This document shows positions 1 to 13,890 of a stretch of DNA of 64,000 nt, piece after piece. This DNA is from Eledone cirrhosa. Taxonomy: Eukaryota. Where the stretch lies: positions 36,146,001 through 36,210,000 of the forward strand of contig OZ024756.1 in the NCBI GenBank assembly GCA_964016885.1, written 5' to 3'. Each line of letters starts with the position of its first letter. Within the stretch, counting starts at the first letter, position 1. The position numbers and the translations under genes are program-made. The notes under the pieces are model-generated. The model worked only from the letters and a program-made list of their open reading frames with translations. It was not told where the DNA came from and ran no database searches.

Positions 1-688
1 TCCCACCTCATTGCACGCTCTGAGTTCAAATCCCGCCATGGTCAACTTTGCCTTTCATCCTTTTGAGGTCGATAAAAGAAAGTACCAGTCCAGTACTGGG
101 GTTGGCTCTTCCTCTAGAAAAAATTGGCTGTGTTCAGATCTGGAGAGGGTTGGGCTCCGCCAGGTTTAAAAGTGCTCTAGACACACCGTAAGACAATGCC
201 TTTACGACTCCACAAGGAGTTATGGGATCTTTATCCTTACTGTCACATTTATATACCACCACTGTCTCATGTTCAAATGACAATGACCACCACCACCACC
301 ACCATCTTATGTCCCTACCATCACATGACCATACCATCCTATCATATACCTCTAGTGTAGCTACCATCTATCACCATCATATGTCCATACCATTGTTGCT
401 AGTTCTAAAAAGGTCTCCTCAGAGGTCTGCAGGATATGTTGGAAATGTGTTAAGATCTCATCACTTCCTTCACAGTTGTATATTTGGCCTCAATCCTAGC
501 TTAGTTTACTGTGTGGTATCTTAATCATGAAATAACTCTGGCATTGATCTACCTCATCTTTGTAATGATATCTCATGTTTCTAACTCTGTCTGTCTGTCT
601 GTAGTCTAATCTAATGAGATATACATTGTATATATATATATATATATTCTACTGTAGTGAGATATAGAGTGTGTGTGTGTGTGTGTGA

Positions 689-720
<32 letters not shown>

Positions 721-752
721 CTGTGTCTCTCTGGTGTCCACTATAGTGAGAT

Positions 753-786
<34 letters not shown>

Positions 787-1547
787 AGCAAAGAGATATT
801 TAATTTGCTGGTTTTTCAACAAATTTATTTATAACAGATTCGAAGCACTCTACAGTTTTCTGGAGTATAATATCAAAGATATTAATAAATGGAAACTATA
901 TTTATGAAACCATATTTATTTTATTATATATTTCAAGGGTACCAATATTTTGGTACCCTTGAAATATATATAATAAAATAAATATGGTTTCATAAATATA
1001 GTTTCCATTTATTAATATCATTGATATATATATATATATATATGTGTGTGTGTCTGTCTATATTCCATTGTCGTGAGATATCCAATGTATGTATAACTAT
1101 ATATATATATATATATATAACTATGTCTTTAGTCCACTCTAGTAAGACATACAATCACCATCATCATCATTTGACTTACATCCGCTTTCCCTACTAGCAA
1201 GGGTTATATATATATATGTGTGTGTCTGTCTATAGTCTACTGTAGTGAGATATACAGTATATATATATATGTGTGCCACCCTTTCATGTCTGGCTGGTTC
1301 CTCTGTCGTTGCAGATCTTACATTTGAGTGGCTGCTGATGCTTCAACTTTAACCTTTTCGGTGACATTTTTTTTTTTTTTTAATATATATAAAGTTTTTA
1401 AAACAAGAATCTCTCCCTCACATCTAACGATTGTATTTCTACTGACGTTTTTGCATCTCCATTTACACCGTTCATTGAAACTCACACAGTATTTTGTTAC
1501 AGTTTAATACACTACTACTACTACCACCACTATTATTACTATTGTTG

Positions 1548-1584
<37 letters not shown>

Positions 1585-1622
1585 ACCCCTTTGTTTTGAA
1601 TATATATATATATAAACATATA

Positions 1623-1814
<192 letters not shown>

Positions 1815-1865
1815 AGGGTGAAAGCAGCGATTCTGTGCTTAAACTTTAATCTGTTATTTAAATAA

Positions 1866-1911
<46 letters not shown>

Positions 1912-2208
1912 ACACATATATATATATAAACACACATATATATATATATAAACATATATATATTTATAAATCTGACACAGACAGATAGACAACAATGTTG
2001 ATAGTAAATACATTTTGTATTGGCTGGGAGCTTTTGTTATAGGCGGAAGGGGGCTTTAATAAAAAGTAGGCTTGATTAGGGCTGTGGCTTGAAAGTTGTA
2101 GTATAGTTTAGAGGATTACACTGTATTTCAATTAGTTAATGAAGAATTTGGAAAGATTCACTAACATTATTAATTATTTCATTAAGATGATATTTATACA
2201 TAACTTAA

Positions 2209-2416
2209 CCCTTTAGCATTTATTTTACTCTATATTTACTATTATATTTTGATGGTAAAGCTTTTACCTCGCATAATATCGAATCTATGAGATTTTGGTA
2301 TTATTTACTTTGAGAACAATACCTTAACATCAGTATGAGTGGCTGGTTACAGTCAGTTTGAACAGAAAGAGGTGAGAGAATTCTGGCTGGATATGGCCGG
2401 TTAGAATGCTAAAGGG
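2209..2416. mobile_element. piggyBac-type MITE (~205 bp). Further copies at 23332-23539, 24479-24681, 28370-28472 (partial), 36862-37069, 49290-49709 (SINE-interrupted), 57900-58118, 59362-59581
   Basis: TIRs CCCTTTAGCATT..AATGCTAAAGGG flanked by TTAA. Confidence 0.85.
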
Positions 2417-2846
2417 TTAACAAAAGATTCTTATAACAAAGATTTTAATTTGAATATGAACATATTAAAATGGGATGTTTTATATAATAGAACCTGAAGT
2501 GGTTTTAGGTAAGTTGTTACCAGAAGAGTTAAGATAATATCTTGTGAACTAATTATAACTGTAACAAACTAATTGACTAGTGAAGGCTAAATGAGTGGAG
2601 TTGTTTCAGGTGAGAATTGAAACCCTGACTCACAGGCTCAGTTTACTGAAATCTTATCTTAACTCACTGCACCACCAGCATCATGTCAAATAATAATAAT
2701 TGTTTCTACTTTTGGCACAAGGCCAGCAATTACCCAGTACATTACTGGTACTTTATTTTATCGACACCGTAAGGATGAAAGACAAAGTTAACCTTGGCAG
2801 GATTTGAATTCAATCCGTAAAAGGCCGTAACTCTTTGCTGGAAAGC

Positions 2847-3291
2847 ATGGCGTCCGACCCTCTACCGATACTGCCAATCCACCGCCCTATCATGGCGTCC
2901 GACCCTCTACCGATACTGCCAATCCACCGCCCTATCATGGCGTCCGACCCTCTACCGATACTGCCAATCCACCGCCCTATCATGGCGTCCGACCCTCTAC
3001 CGATACGGCCAATCCACCGCCCTATCATGGCGTCCGACCCTCTACCGATACTGCCAATCCACCGCCCTATCATGGCGTCCGACCCTCTACCGATACTGCC
3101 AATCCACCGCCCTATCATGGCGTCCGACCCTCTACCGATACTGCCAATCCACCGCCCTATCATGGCGTCCGACCCTCTACCGATACTGCCAATCCACCGC
3201 CCTATCATGGCGTCCGACCCTCTACCGATACTGCCAATCCATCGCCCTATCATGGCGTCCGACCCTCTACCGATACTGCCAATCCACCGCC
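2847..3291. repeat. 10x 45-bp tandem array of the SINE family A head
   Basis: Unit catggcgtccgaccctctaccgatactgccaatccaccgccctat. Confidence 0.92.
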
Positions 3292-3901
3292 CATGTCAAA
3301 TAATAATAATAATAATGTTGCTGATGATATTGCTGCTACTGTTGCTGCTGCTGCTGCTGCTATTGCTAATGATGATGTGTACACTCTACTAACATGTAGC
3401 ATGATATCTCACTAGACTACTGCATGTGGTACACCTCCACTGGTGTCGCATGCCTCCACTTGTGTCGCGTGCCTCCACAGGTGTTGTGCACCTCCACTGG
3501 TGTCATGCCTCAATTGGTGTCACGCCTCAATTGGCGTCACACCTCCACTGTTGTCTCACTGCCACTGTTGTTACACCTCCACTAGTGTCACGCCTCCGCT
3601 GGTTTTAGAAACATTTGGAGGGGGAGGAGGAGTTGTTAGTTGTTGTTTTTTTTTGTTATTGTTATTTGTTCTCGTTTGTAATAAATGGTTTAGTTGCTAA
3701 GTTTTGGGGGGGAATACACATATGTACATACACACATGTACATACACACACTCACAGGCTTATGTACGTATATATATATATCATCATATATATACAGTAA
3801 TAATAATAAATGTGAAGACTAAAATCCGAAGAGGGCTCGATAGGGATAAATATATATATTTTATCCCTATCGGCCTTCTTCGGATTTAATCTGTTATTTT
3901 A

Positions 3902-3939
<38 letters not shown>

Positions 3940-4029
3940 GAAAAAAACAAGGAAGTTTCGTTTACATATGAAAACTATTTATTGCGTATCAACCTGTTTG
4001 CAGAGGATTGGTTCACGGTGACCCATAGG

Positions 4030-4112
<83 letters not shown>

Positions 4113-4359
4113 TCATTTTACATTTACTGTTCCATGCTGGGTTGGACAAGTCACTCAAGTGCAAGTCAGTTCTGCCCTCTTAGTGATCTTGTTTATACAG
4201 TCTCTCTGGGCTAGATGCCCTTCCTAATTCCAACCACTACACACACACACATTCACACTCTCTCTCATCACACTTCAACTCTTACCCCAACACTTTTACC
4301 TCATTAATTATTCTCACATTATTACACTGACATTATTTGATACTAATATTTTAGTTATC

Positions 4360-4730
4360 CCAACATTGTTAAACCCTTGTTACACTGTTAAACCCTTGTT
4401 ACACTGTTCACTTCTCCCAACACTGTTTAATCCTTTCCAACACTGTTTAACCCTTCACAACACTGTTAAACCCTTCACAACACTGTTTAACCCATTCCAA
4501 CATTGTTTAACCCTTCACAACACTGTTTAAGCCTTCACAACACTGTTAAACCCATTCCAACATTGTTTAACCCTTCACAACACTGTTTAAGTCTTCACAA
4601 CACTGTTAAACCCATTCCAACATTGTTTAACCCTTCACAACACTGTTTAAGCCTTCACAACACTGTTAAACCCATTCCAACATTGTTTAACCCTTCACAA
4701 CACTGTTATCCCGACACTGTTTAACCCGTC
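4360..4730. repeat. 20-bp minisatellite with 59-60-bp higher-order unit
   Basis: cactgtttaacccttcacaa variants. Confidence 0.9.
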
Positions 4731-5079
4731 CAACCCTACAAACAGAAAGATGGTGAGGAAGAGAGAAATGGAAAAGATGAGGTGTAAATTTGATCTCAAT
4801 ATTATATTGATTGTGTTTTATTATGAAACTGTCTAATTTTTGTCCAGTATTATCATCTCAATAAACCCTCTAGAGTAGCAGCTACAACACTCTAACACTA
4901 ACTGTTACATTACTTGAGTGGTGACCCACAGCTACCTTACCCTAGTGTTGACCCACAGGTCCACTGTTACAATACTTAACAGCAGCTCAATTACTGTAGT
5001 AATATGATAACTAATTTAGATTTTTAAATCTTTTTATGTATGTATTTCCACACTATAATGGTTCGATATGTGTTGCCCT

Positions 5080-5550
5080 CTATTAGAGTGACGCTGGCAT
5101 CTGTTGATCTATATATTTGAGTGACACTGGCATCTGTTGATTTATATATTAGAGTGACACTGGCATCTGTTGTTCTCTATATTAGAGTAAGGTTGACATC
5201 TGTTGATATTAGAGTGAGATTAACATCTGTTGATCTATATATTAGAGTGAGGCTGACATCTGTTGGTCTCTATATTAGAGTGAGGCTGACATCTGTTGGT
5301 CTCTATATTAGAGTGAGGTTAACATCTGTTGATCTATATATTAGAGTGAGGCTGACATCTGTTGGTTTCTATATTAGAGTGAGGTTAACATCTGTTGATC
5401 TATATATTAGAGTGAGGCTGACATCTGTTGGTTTCTATATTAGAGTGAGGCTGACATCTGTTGGTTTCTATATTAGAGTGAGGCTGACATCTGTTGGTTT
5501 CTATATTAGAGTGAGGCTGACATCTGTTGGTCTCTATATTAGAGTGAGAC
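5080..5550. repeat. 33-bp minisatellite
   Basis: tatattagagtgaggctgacatctgttggtttc variants. Confidence 0.9.
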
Positions 5551-5786
5551 AGACAGTAATCATGCCTCAGTGTTATTTCAATACTCCTCCTCCCAATCAT
5601 TAATATCATTATTGGTGGAAGTAGTAGTGTAGGTTGATATAACCTGTAGATATATTTACAGTTGCTGTAATGTCTGTATACTGTTTGTCTGTATACTGTT
5701 TGTCTATAAGCTGTATATATGTTGACATTGTAATGACTATTTGTCCAACACACTACGTCTAATGTCCCTCTCCTTTCATCTTTCAG

Positions 5787-8700
5787 ATTCTGCCTCTTCA
5801 TCCAGCAATGATTCTGATGCTGAAAAGGAGCCGATCCAACTGAGAGACATTCATGCTGACATTCGTCAATCATTTATTCGGGGAGATTCAACGCGACGGG
5901 CCGTCACTTACCGCAAGACATTATCAGCTCCATCAACTCCTCAGCAACAAACCAGACAGCTTGTGTCAGAGAAGAGCAAAACGCAGGAAGAACTTGGAAA
6001 CGAAAGTGACTCTGATAATTCAATAGATGACATGTTTGAAGACAACCAAGACCTTTATCAAATGAAAATTGTCAAATCAGCAGAATTTTCTCAACCATTT
6101 GACTTAGACACTTTCCAACTGATGTCAAAGTCCGATGGTTTTCTTGTGGCGTCTTCAACAGCAGACAACGACACTCGTAGGAATCTCACAGAACAGAGCA
6201 TGAACAAAAGTCTAATGGCACCTTCTTTTATTCAATGGAAGGATGGGCAAACAGAATCATCACAGCATAGTGGCCATGTTTTAAACACGGGTCAACGACA
6301 AGCTTATTACTCTCGCTTCCATGACTATGCAGAAATTGATGAAAGTCAAATTTCAGCCCCAGAAAGTGTGGTAGAAAGAACAAAAGAATATGCTCTGAAG
6401 AAACAAGAAAAGGAAGAAAAAGATCTTGATTCTGGTTCCAAGTCTGAGAAGAAACATGACCAAGCTGAAGAAGTGCCTGTTTCTAAAGACTCTTCCCCGG
6501 AAAGCACTACTCAACTACGATCAGATTTACTTTCAGCAATAGCAAAACTCGAGGATAGCATCTCACCTATAAGCTACATGCAGAAAGATATGAGCAAGTG
6601 TTTGAGTGTGCCATCAGATATTGGAAAATCACTGGAAAATGTCAATTTTGGTAGCCAGTCGGACTTGATGTCTGGCGTTAGCATCAGTGAACTCTCACAA
6701 TCTGTGGACAGTATCTCAGTAAATGATAGCACAGACTTCAATTTGAGTTGTACTTTTGCTGCAAATCCTTCTCTTTGTCCAGATTCTGCTACTGCGATAG
6801 ACCTCTGCAAACAAATTAATAAAGCCTTTTCTAACCCTAACAAAACCACAAGAGACTCTCCTGAAAAAGGAATCCGAAAGTCCACCTCTGACATCCCTAA
6901 CTCGGTTGAAGGAGATAAGGAGCCGTCGAAAATGGTGAGATTCAAGCAAGGCAGTAATTCTTTGGATGAACGTCAATCTAGTATTCCACCTAAAGGTGAG
7001 GGTGACCAAGCAGGTTTTGATAAAAAAATTGGTCAGCTGAGCCATGTGAGTCAGTTGAGTTCATCTGTCAGCGACAACTGTGTGAGGAGAGAAAGGAAAT
7101 CAAATGTTGCACCCACCAAACGATACTCACACCATATCATGGAACATCCAAAACCAGAAAGTGTGAACCCTCTCTTTATTGTTGAAAGTCCCCCTAGTCT
7201 AGAGAGCCTGAACAGCTTCACCCAAATGTTAAAGTTCTACGATCCTGAAGAAGTGAAACATATGATGGCTGAATCTTCTGGCTATTGGTCGCGACATTCT
7301 CACACAACTTCTGCAAACAACCAGACCGTTTCTAGTCCAACATCAGGTACAACACCGTTTGGTAAAACTGACCAGCTTCTACCTCTTGAAAGTGATACAG
7401 TGATGGGGGAATCAAAAGAGCATACACCGGTCAACAGTCCAATTACAGTCTGCAAAAGTCCACCTGTTGGAAGCTCTAAAGACTTAGATTTATCAGACAA
7501 CAGCATCAAGGGAAGTAACTCTTCCTTGCAAAGAACTTTGGAAGGAAATTCTATGGAAGATTTCTCCACTGAAACTTTGAAGCAACTTGATGACACAATG
7601 GAGAGTGACATCATGGTTCGATCTTTACCGCCGGAATCATCCCTCACTGATTCATTACTGAAACCTAAAACACTCCAATCCGTTTCTGGATCATTCAAGG
7701 ATAAAACACAAAGTGAAATCAATCTGAGGTGTTCCTCGCGGAAGCTTTCACCAGACGCTGGCAACAACCAAACTGATGCCGCATCAGATCCGATTCATTC
7801 TTCGGAGACACCATCAGTGAAAAGATGGGAAAGTATGGAAGTGAATCCCTCTCTGGATTCTGTTCTAGTTGTATCTCCGAGGTCCATTATCACTGCTCCA
7901 CGTCATGACTCTGAGTCAACTGTTCCCAGTTTTGATTCCAACAAAGATAGTTGCGACCAATTGTCTGTCAAAGATTCCAGCGAGACTCTTATTTCGTCTC
8001 CACACTCACCAATAAGCCTGAAGAACATCTATGGTGGCAGTCGGCCTCCTCAGTCATCTATTGCAGATTTAGACACCATCATGAACATGTCAAAGGAAGA
8101 ATTGGAGAGTGCTGAAAAGATGATATTATCAGCTGGAGGAGGAGACAATGAACTAGAACAGCAGCAGAGCGGTACTAGTCATCAAATTCCTTTAGCCAGT
8201 CCTGAAGTGTCCGGAATCAGTGACCAATCTGAACAAGATCAATCGAGTGAAGAGAGAAACTTAAATTCTCAAACTGATTCACAACAGCGACACTGTAATG
8301 ACAGAGAGATGTCAAAAGAATTGGGTCCACTGAAAAAGTCCTCAACAGTTCCTGCACTGGGACAGTCCCAGAAAGGAGGTATGGCTGATAATAAAGGGTC
8401 TGAGAACAAGCCGTTAAGTCAGCCGAGCTCACCCATTAAAAGTCCTAGCCACAAAGAGGGAATAGAGAAACTTCGGCGTTCATTCATTGCTGACCGGAAG
8501 GAGTTTGTCAACCAGAATTCCCAATCACCCCAGAAAGAAAAAGAGGAATCTGAGGTTAGTTTGAGTCCTAAAGACAGAAATGTGTGTAAAGGGTCAGAGA
8601 AAAATGGGGACAAGGAGACTGTCAGTAAAGAAACAGCCAAGACAGAGAACAATAAAGACATTTCTGAAGTAACTAAATCGAAAGACCCTAAGACTAACAG

Positions 8701-11599
8701 TAAAGACACAGCCAAATCAGGAGATCCTAGGACTAATAATAGAGATACAGCCAAATCAGGAGACTCTAAGGCTAATAATAAAGACACAACCAAATCAGGA
8801 GACCCTAGGACTAATAGTAAAGATACAACCAAATCAGGAGATCCTAAGGCTAATAATAAAGACACAGCAAAGTCAGGAGACTCTAAGTCTAATAGTAAAG
8901 ACACGTCGAAGTCAGTAGACCCTAGGACTAATAGTAAAGACACTGCCAAGTCAGGAGATTCTAGGACTAATAGTAAAGACACAGCCAAGTCAGGAGACCC
9001 TAGGACTAATAGTAAAGATACAGCCAAATCAGGAGACTCAAGGAGTAATAGTAAAGATACAACCAAATCAGTGGACAGTAAAACTAACAGTAAAGATATG
9101 GCCAGGTCTGGAGACCTTAAGACTAACAGTAAAGACACAACCAAAACAAAAGATAAGAGACTATCTGAAACAAATAAATCAGGGGAGAGTAAGGCAGTTG
9201 GTAAAACTACAGCCAAATCAAGTGACAGTAAAACTGGTACTAAAGGGGACAAAACTGTGGCTAAGGAAATGACAAAAGGAAGTGACAATAAAACTGTGGC
9301 TAAGGAAATGACCAAAGGAAGTGACAATAAAACTGTTGCTAAGGAAATGACCAAAGGAAGTGACAATAAAACTGTTGCTAAGGAAATGACCAAAGCAAAT
9401 GATAGTAAAACTGTTGCGAAGGAAATGACCAAAGGAAGTGACAGTAAAACTGTGGCTAAAGAGATGACCAAGTTAAATAAAAAAGAAACGAACCAGAAAA
9501 CGTCAAGTGACCATCGGAAAACTACATCTGGGGGCCAGAAAGAAGAGAAGAACCAGTCACTTGGAAAAGAGTTTGAATCTTTAAGTAATCCGCCCTGTCA
9601 GATTTCACCCCCTGAAGAAGATGTCCTTATTCAGATCCGTCCCACACTGAAAAGGTCCTCTTCCCCAAGGAGAAAGTTGATCGAGAAGATGAAAAAAGAC
9701 ACTCAAACTCCTCGTGATGTAAAAAGGCCAAGTGTGACTGAAGAAACTATTTCAGCCACAAATATGGTCCCAGCTGCTTGTGGGAGAAGTTGCAGACCAC
9801 AGCACAACACAACATCCCAACAGATTCCACAGTCAACGGCAGGCTTAAACTACCCATGTGATGACGACGATGATGTTGATGGTGATGATGGTGATGGTGA
9901 TGATGGTGATGATGGTGATGATGATGATGATGATGATGATGATGGTGATGAGAATGATGATGATGGTGGTGGTGGTGGTACAGAATATTCAAAGGCTCGC
10001 TCTCTCGACAGTTTGCTGTCCAACTTAAAGACAAAACCTAAAACAGAAAGCTCGAGCCAAAGAAATTATGCATTTCGGTGTAATATGACCTCCAGCAGCT
10101 CCGATGTTCTTCGAGGTCAGAGTAAGACTTCGATGGGGACAGCAACATCGTCCGATCTTGAAGTGATTCATGACCCTGAGGTGATCGACAGTGTGTTTCT
10201 AGACAACTTTACTGTCGATGTGCGACAACGGAAGGAATCAAGAGCAGGCAAGAAATGTGCAACAAATATTGCAAAGAACGTCGTTGACAGCAGCAGTAAC
10301 AGGTCGTCATTGGATGAATCTGTTCTGCAGGTCGCTGCTGAAAGACATACTGCATTTGAGGCTGCTAAAGATGGGTGCAACACTCAGCAATACAACACTG
10401 CATCTCTCAGATATCCTAAAGCAAAGAAATTACAAAACTTGAAAGAATTCTTCGAGCATGAAGAGATGAAGAACAGACCAAACTATAATCGATCTGGTAG
10501 CAGCCCTTCAAACTCACCGACATGTCCACGATACCAAAGACAGTATAGAGAAGCTGGTAAGAAAAGGGAGTCCAGCAGAAAAGACTCAATGTCTCCTTCA
10601 CGTTCTCGTGAACGCGAAGCTGCAAAATCTACCAACAAATCATCCAAAACTGATGCCAACAATCATGGACGTAGCCCAACCCCGAGTGCTCACAGCCCAA
10701 CTCCTAGTGCTCATAGTCCGACCCCTAGCAGTCGAAGCACAACCCCAGGTGGTCGAAGCCCGACTCCAAGTGGTCGAAGTCCAACACCAAGTGGCCGCAA
10801 GCCAGCTGCCTTAGAGAAATGGCAGCGTGCTGAATCGCACGAACGTGATGGCAAGCAGGGATGGGAGATGGGCGTTGATTATGTGCTCTGTAAATCTCCC
10901 AAATCTAAATCAGAACATTCAACAAGTTGCACGACCCCAAAGGGCACTGCTTACCGCATGCGTACTGGCAGTGAGTCATCAACAAGTGATGTGGACGTGA
11001 AGAGTCCACCACCACAACGTGCTCGAGACAAACAAAGGAAGGCTGTACGTAGTGCCGAGCAAAGTAAGAGTGATACCAGTGATTCAGAATCTAAACATTC
11101 ATTTTCAGAAATGGAGAGTATCGGTGAGGAACAAGTTCCTCGCCGAAAGCGTAAAGATAGCATTAAGGAGCTACGGAATTACTTTGAGGGCAAACAGACC
11201 ACAACAACTGAACTAAGTGCTGTTAGTAGTGGCAATAATAGTGGTAGTGGTAGTAATATTACTCCTAACACTTCAGTTTTTACTGCAAGCTGTTCGGAGC
11301 TGAGCAGCCATAGTGCAAGTACTGAAAAAACAGATCCAATGTGTTATATGAGTAAATCGTTAACGTGTGAACCAACAGGTGTTGTTGTCCCAAGGAGGGC
11401 AGCTAGATCTAGGGTCAAGAGTCTATCTCCTGTGTGTGGACAAAGTGATTTAAAATCAGACGATGAATTGTCACATAAAGGAAGTAGTCGTTTTAGTCTA
11501 GACTTTAGTGGTTATACCACTCGACCTCATGTCGAGGGCATTGTTCGACCACAGCCAGTAAGGCTTGGTCCTAAACCATTCTATGGGGCCAAAACTTGA
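5787..11599 (+). CDS. Giant terminal coding exon (~1937 codons) of an unidentified Ser/Lys/Asp-rich, probably disordered protein; upstream exons not located
   Basis: Stop-free frame of ~5.8 kb. Polypyrimidine tract and AG acceptor ctcctttcatctttcag|AT at 5786/5787 (phase 1). Ends ...PQPVRLGPKPFYGAKT-TGA. The TTG start in the ORF track lies upstream of this acceptor. Confidence 0.85.
8680..9470 (+). repeat. Two coding 39-bp (13-aa) tandem arrays: ~12x SKDTAKSGDPRTN-like, then ~6x KTVAKEMTKGSDN-like
   Basis: Visible in both DNA and translation of the giant exon. Confidence 0.9.
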
Positions 11600-11857
11600 C
11601 TGCCCTTAGCTTGCTAACTGTGATATCTCACTGCATTTCCACGCTGAATTTGCTGCCGACAAGACATCAAACCTACCTAGGAGACCATGCAAAGAACTGA
11701 ACGGAGGGGAAGAATCGCAAAATATCATTAATTTTGCTATTGTGCTAATACACATACATACATACATGTATGTATGTGTATATACATATTTATATATATA
11801 TACACATGTACATATATATGTATATATATATATGTGTGTGTGAATATACATATTTCC

Positions 11858-11913
<56 letters not shown>

Positions 11914-12615
11914 CATAAATACACATACAAAAATGTATATATGTGTGCATGTGTGTGTATATATATGTATATATATTTGATTTTTACATGACTTTAACAG
12001 CTGTGAGTAATTGCAACTGTGCTAATACTCCCCCTCCCCACACACAGCCATATACATGTAAATATGTGTATGTGTCTGTGTGTGAATATACATATATACA
12101 TATATATATATAAATATATCCATCCATACATACATGTATATATGCATGTGTGTGTATATATATATGTATATATGTGATTAATTTTTTTTTTTCTTTTTAT
12201 TTTTTTTACCGGACTCTAACCCCTTAATTTTCAGGTATTCTGTAAATCTAACGACTCTGATGTTTATTTCTTAAAATTGTTGTTTATTGAAGAAAAAAAA
12301 TCAGTTATTTTATCATTGAACTCTTGGGGAAAGGGGTTCCAAATTTGGAACCCAGCAACTTTTTAACGTTGTCGTTAGGTCAGTCAAAGATTGTATGTTG
12401 TTGTATAAACTTTTATGAGAAATAAGACTGACCAAACACCATTGCAAGAGTCTATAAACTGGTACACAGTTGGTCATACTACCTGACTGGCCCTGGCCAT
12501 AAACACTATTGAAAGAGTTAAACTGGTGGAATGGATGAACAAACAACTTACCTGAACTGAACTGATCTAATCATTCACACCTGTCAGCAAATCTTAAATC
12601 TCTTATATATATATA

Positions 12616-12646
<31 letters not shown>

Positions 12647-12718
12647 GTGTGTATATATATATATAAATATGTATATATATATATAAATATATATATAAAT
12701 ATGTATATATATATATAA

Positions 12719-12774
<56 letters not shown>

Positions 12775-13708
12775 GGACTTTTTTTCCTGTTAGATCCTCC
12801 TCTCCCCCTCTGCTGCCACAACATTCTTCAATAGCATTCCTAGCCATCACTATCGGCTGTACGTTAGTCCTAACTCTCAGTACAGAGTCAGCTGTACATT
12901 GGTCATAACCCCCCCCCCCTCCTCCTCACATTTTCAGATGTACATTGGTCATATCTCTGTACATTGGTCATATCTCAGTACACTGGTGTCCCCCCCCCCC
13001 AACTCAATACAGAGTCACTGTTAAAAAAGCCACTGCTATATAACGGTCATAACTCCTCTCATATTGACTGGACACTGATCACCCCCACCCCAACCTGGTA
13101 CAGAATCACTGTTAAAGCAAAAAATACTGTCTCTAACTTAACTTTTAGCACATCTACATAAATAGCACTCTTTAAAACATTTATTTATAATTATTATAAT
13201 AATTATTATTATTAAACTCATCTCTCTTTGTATGAAGAGGTTTATGGTTGAAGTGCTTGTGTAAACAGTTCTTAATAGTTTACCATATATGGGCAAAGAG
13301 ATGAGAACAGTTGAAACATGGCATGATGATGATGATGATAAGAAGAACATGGCACATTTTTGCTAAGATTCCTTCAGAATTATATGCATTGAGAAAGTTA
13401 AATGATTAAATGATATATATATATATATAAGTCCCACCAGATCCCTGAAGTCATGTAATATACACACCCACCCCAATTGTTCTTCATGTCTTGCATCATT
13501 AATAATGGTAATAACGTCTTCCAGAAATGTCATGTGCTACCATTTGTCCGTGAATGACCATTGGTTGGTCAACCTCCACACCCTACTACAAGTGGTGTGT
13601 TGTTTTAGTTGTTTAAACAACCCATCAGCCAAATTTACAATCACTGTTCCACCACCCTTTCCCTCTTCTAATAATGCTGTTTAATAATTATTGGTCATTA
13701 TTGGACAC

Positions 13709-13890
13709 ATGGCGGTGAATTGGCAGTATCGGTAGAGGGTCGGACGCCATGCTTTGCAACAGAGTTACGTCCCTTTAAGGTCTGAGTTCAAATCCCGTCG
13801 AGGTTAACTTTGCCTTTCATCCTTACGGGGTCGATAAAATAAAGTACCAGTAATGTACTGGCCTTGTGCCAAAAGTAGAAACAATTATTG
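13709..13890 (+). mobile_element. tRNA-derived SINE family A (Nin/Deu-like core). Other full or partial copies near 1, 2700, 15510, 25170, 28235, 28960, 30515, 32320, 42295, 45735, 45935, 50755, 52750, 53375, 59095, 59755, 60385, 63950
   Basis: A-box tggcagtatcggtag, B-box gagttcaaatcc, core gcctttcatccttacggggtcgataaaataaagtaccag; TSD ttattggacac. Confidence 0.85.

Noticed and set aside
2810-3392. 15-aa repeat proteins on both strands
   Set aside because: Product of the 45-bp SINE-head tandem array.
5741-5786. TTG start of the 1952-aa ORF
   Set aside because: Lies upstream of a strong splice acceptor at 5786; intronic read-through.
7244-7258. CTGAAGA..GAAA hammerhead-like string
   Set aside because: Inside coding sequence with only 3 nt between the boxes and no stem II; strings at 29671, 48991 and 63744 likewise lack a proper stem II/GAAA.
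8419-9471. 350-aa hydrophobic ORF on the minus strand
   Set aside because: Antisense shadow of the coding 39-bp repeats in the giant exon.
13709-13800. tRNA gene
   Set aside because: A and B boxes belong to a multicopy SINE head; no complete cloverleaf.
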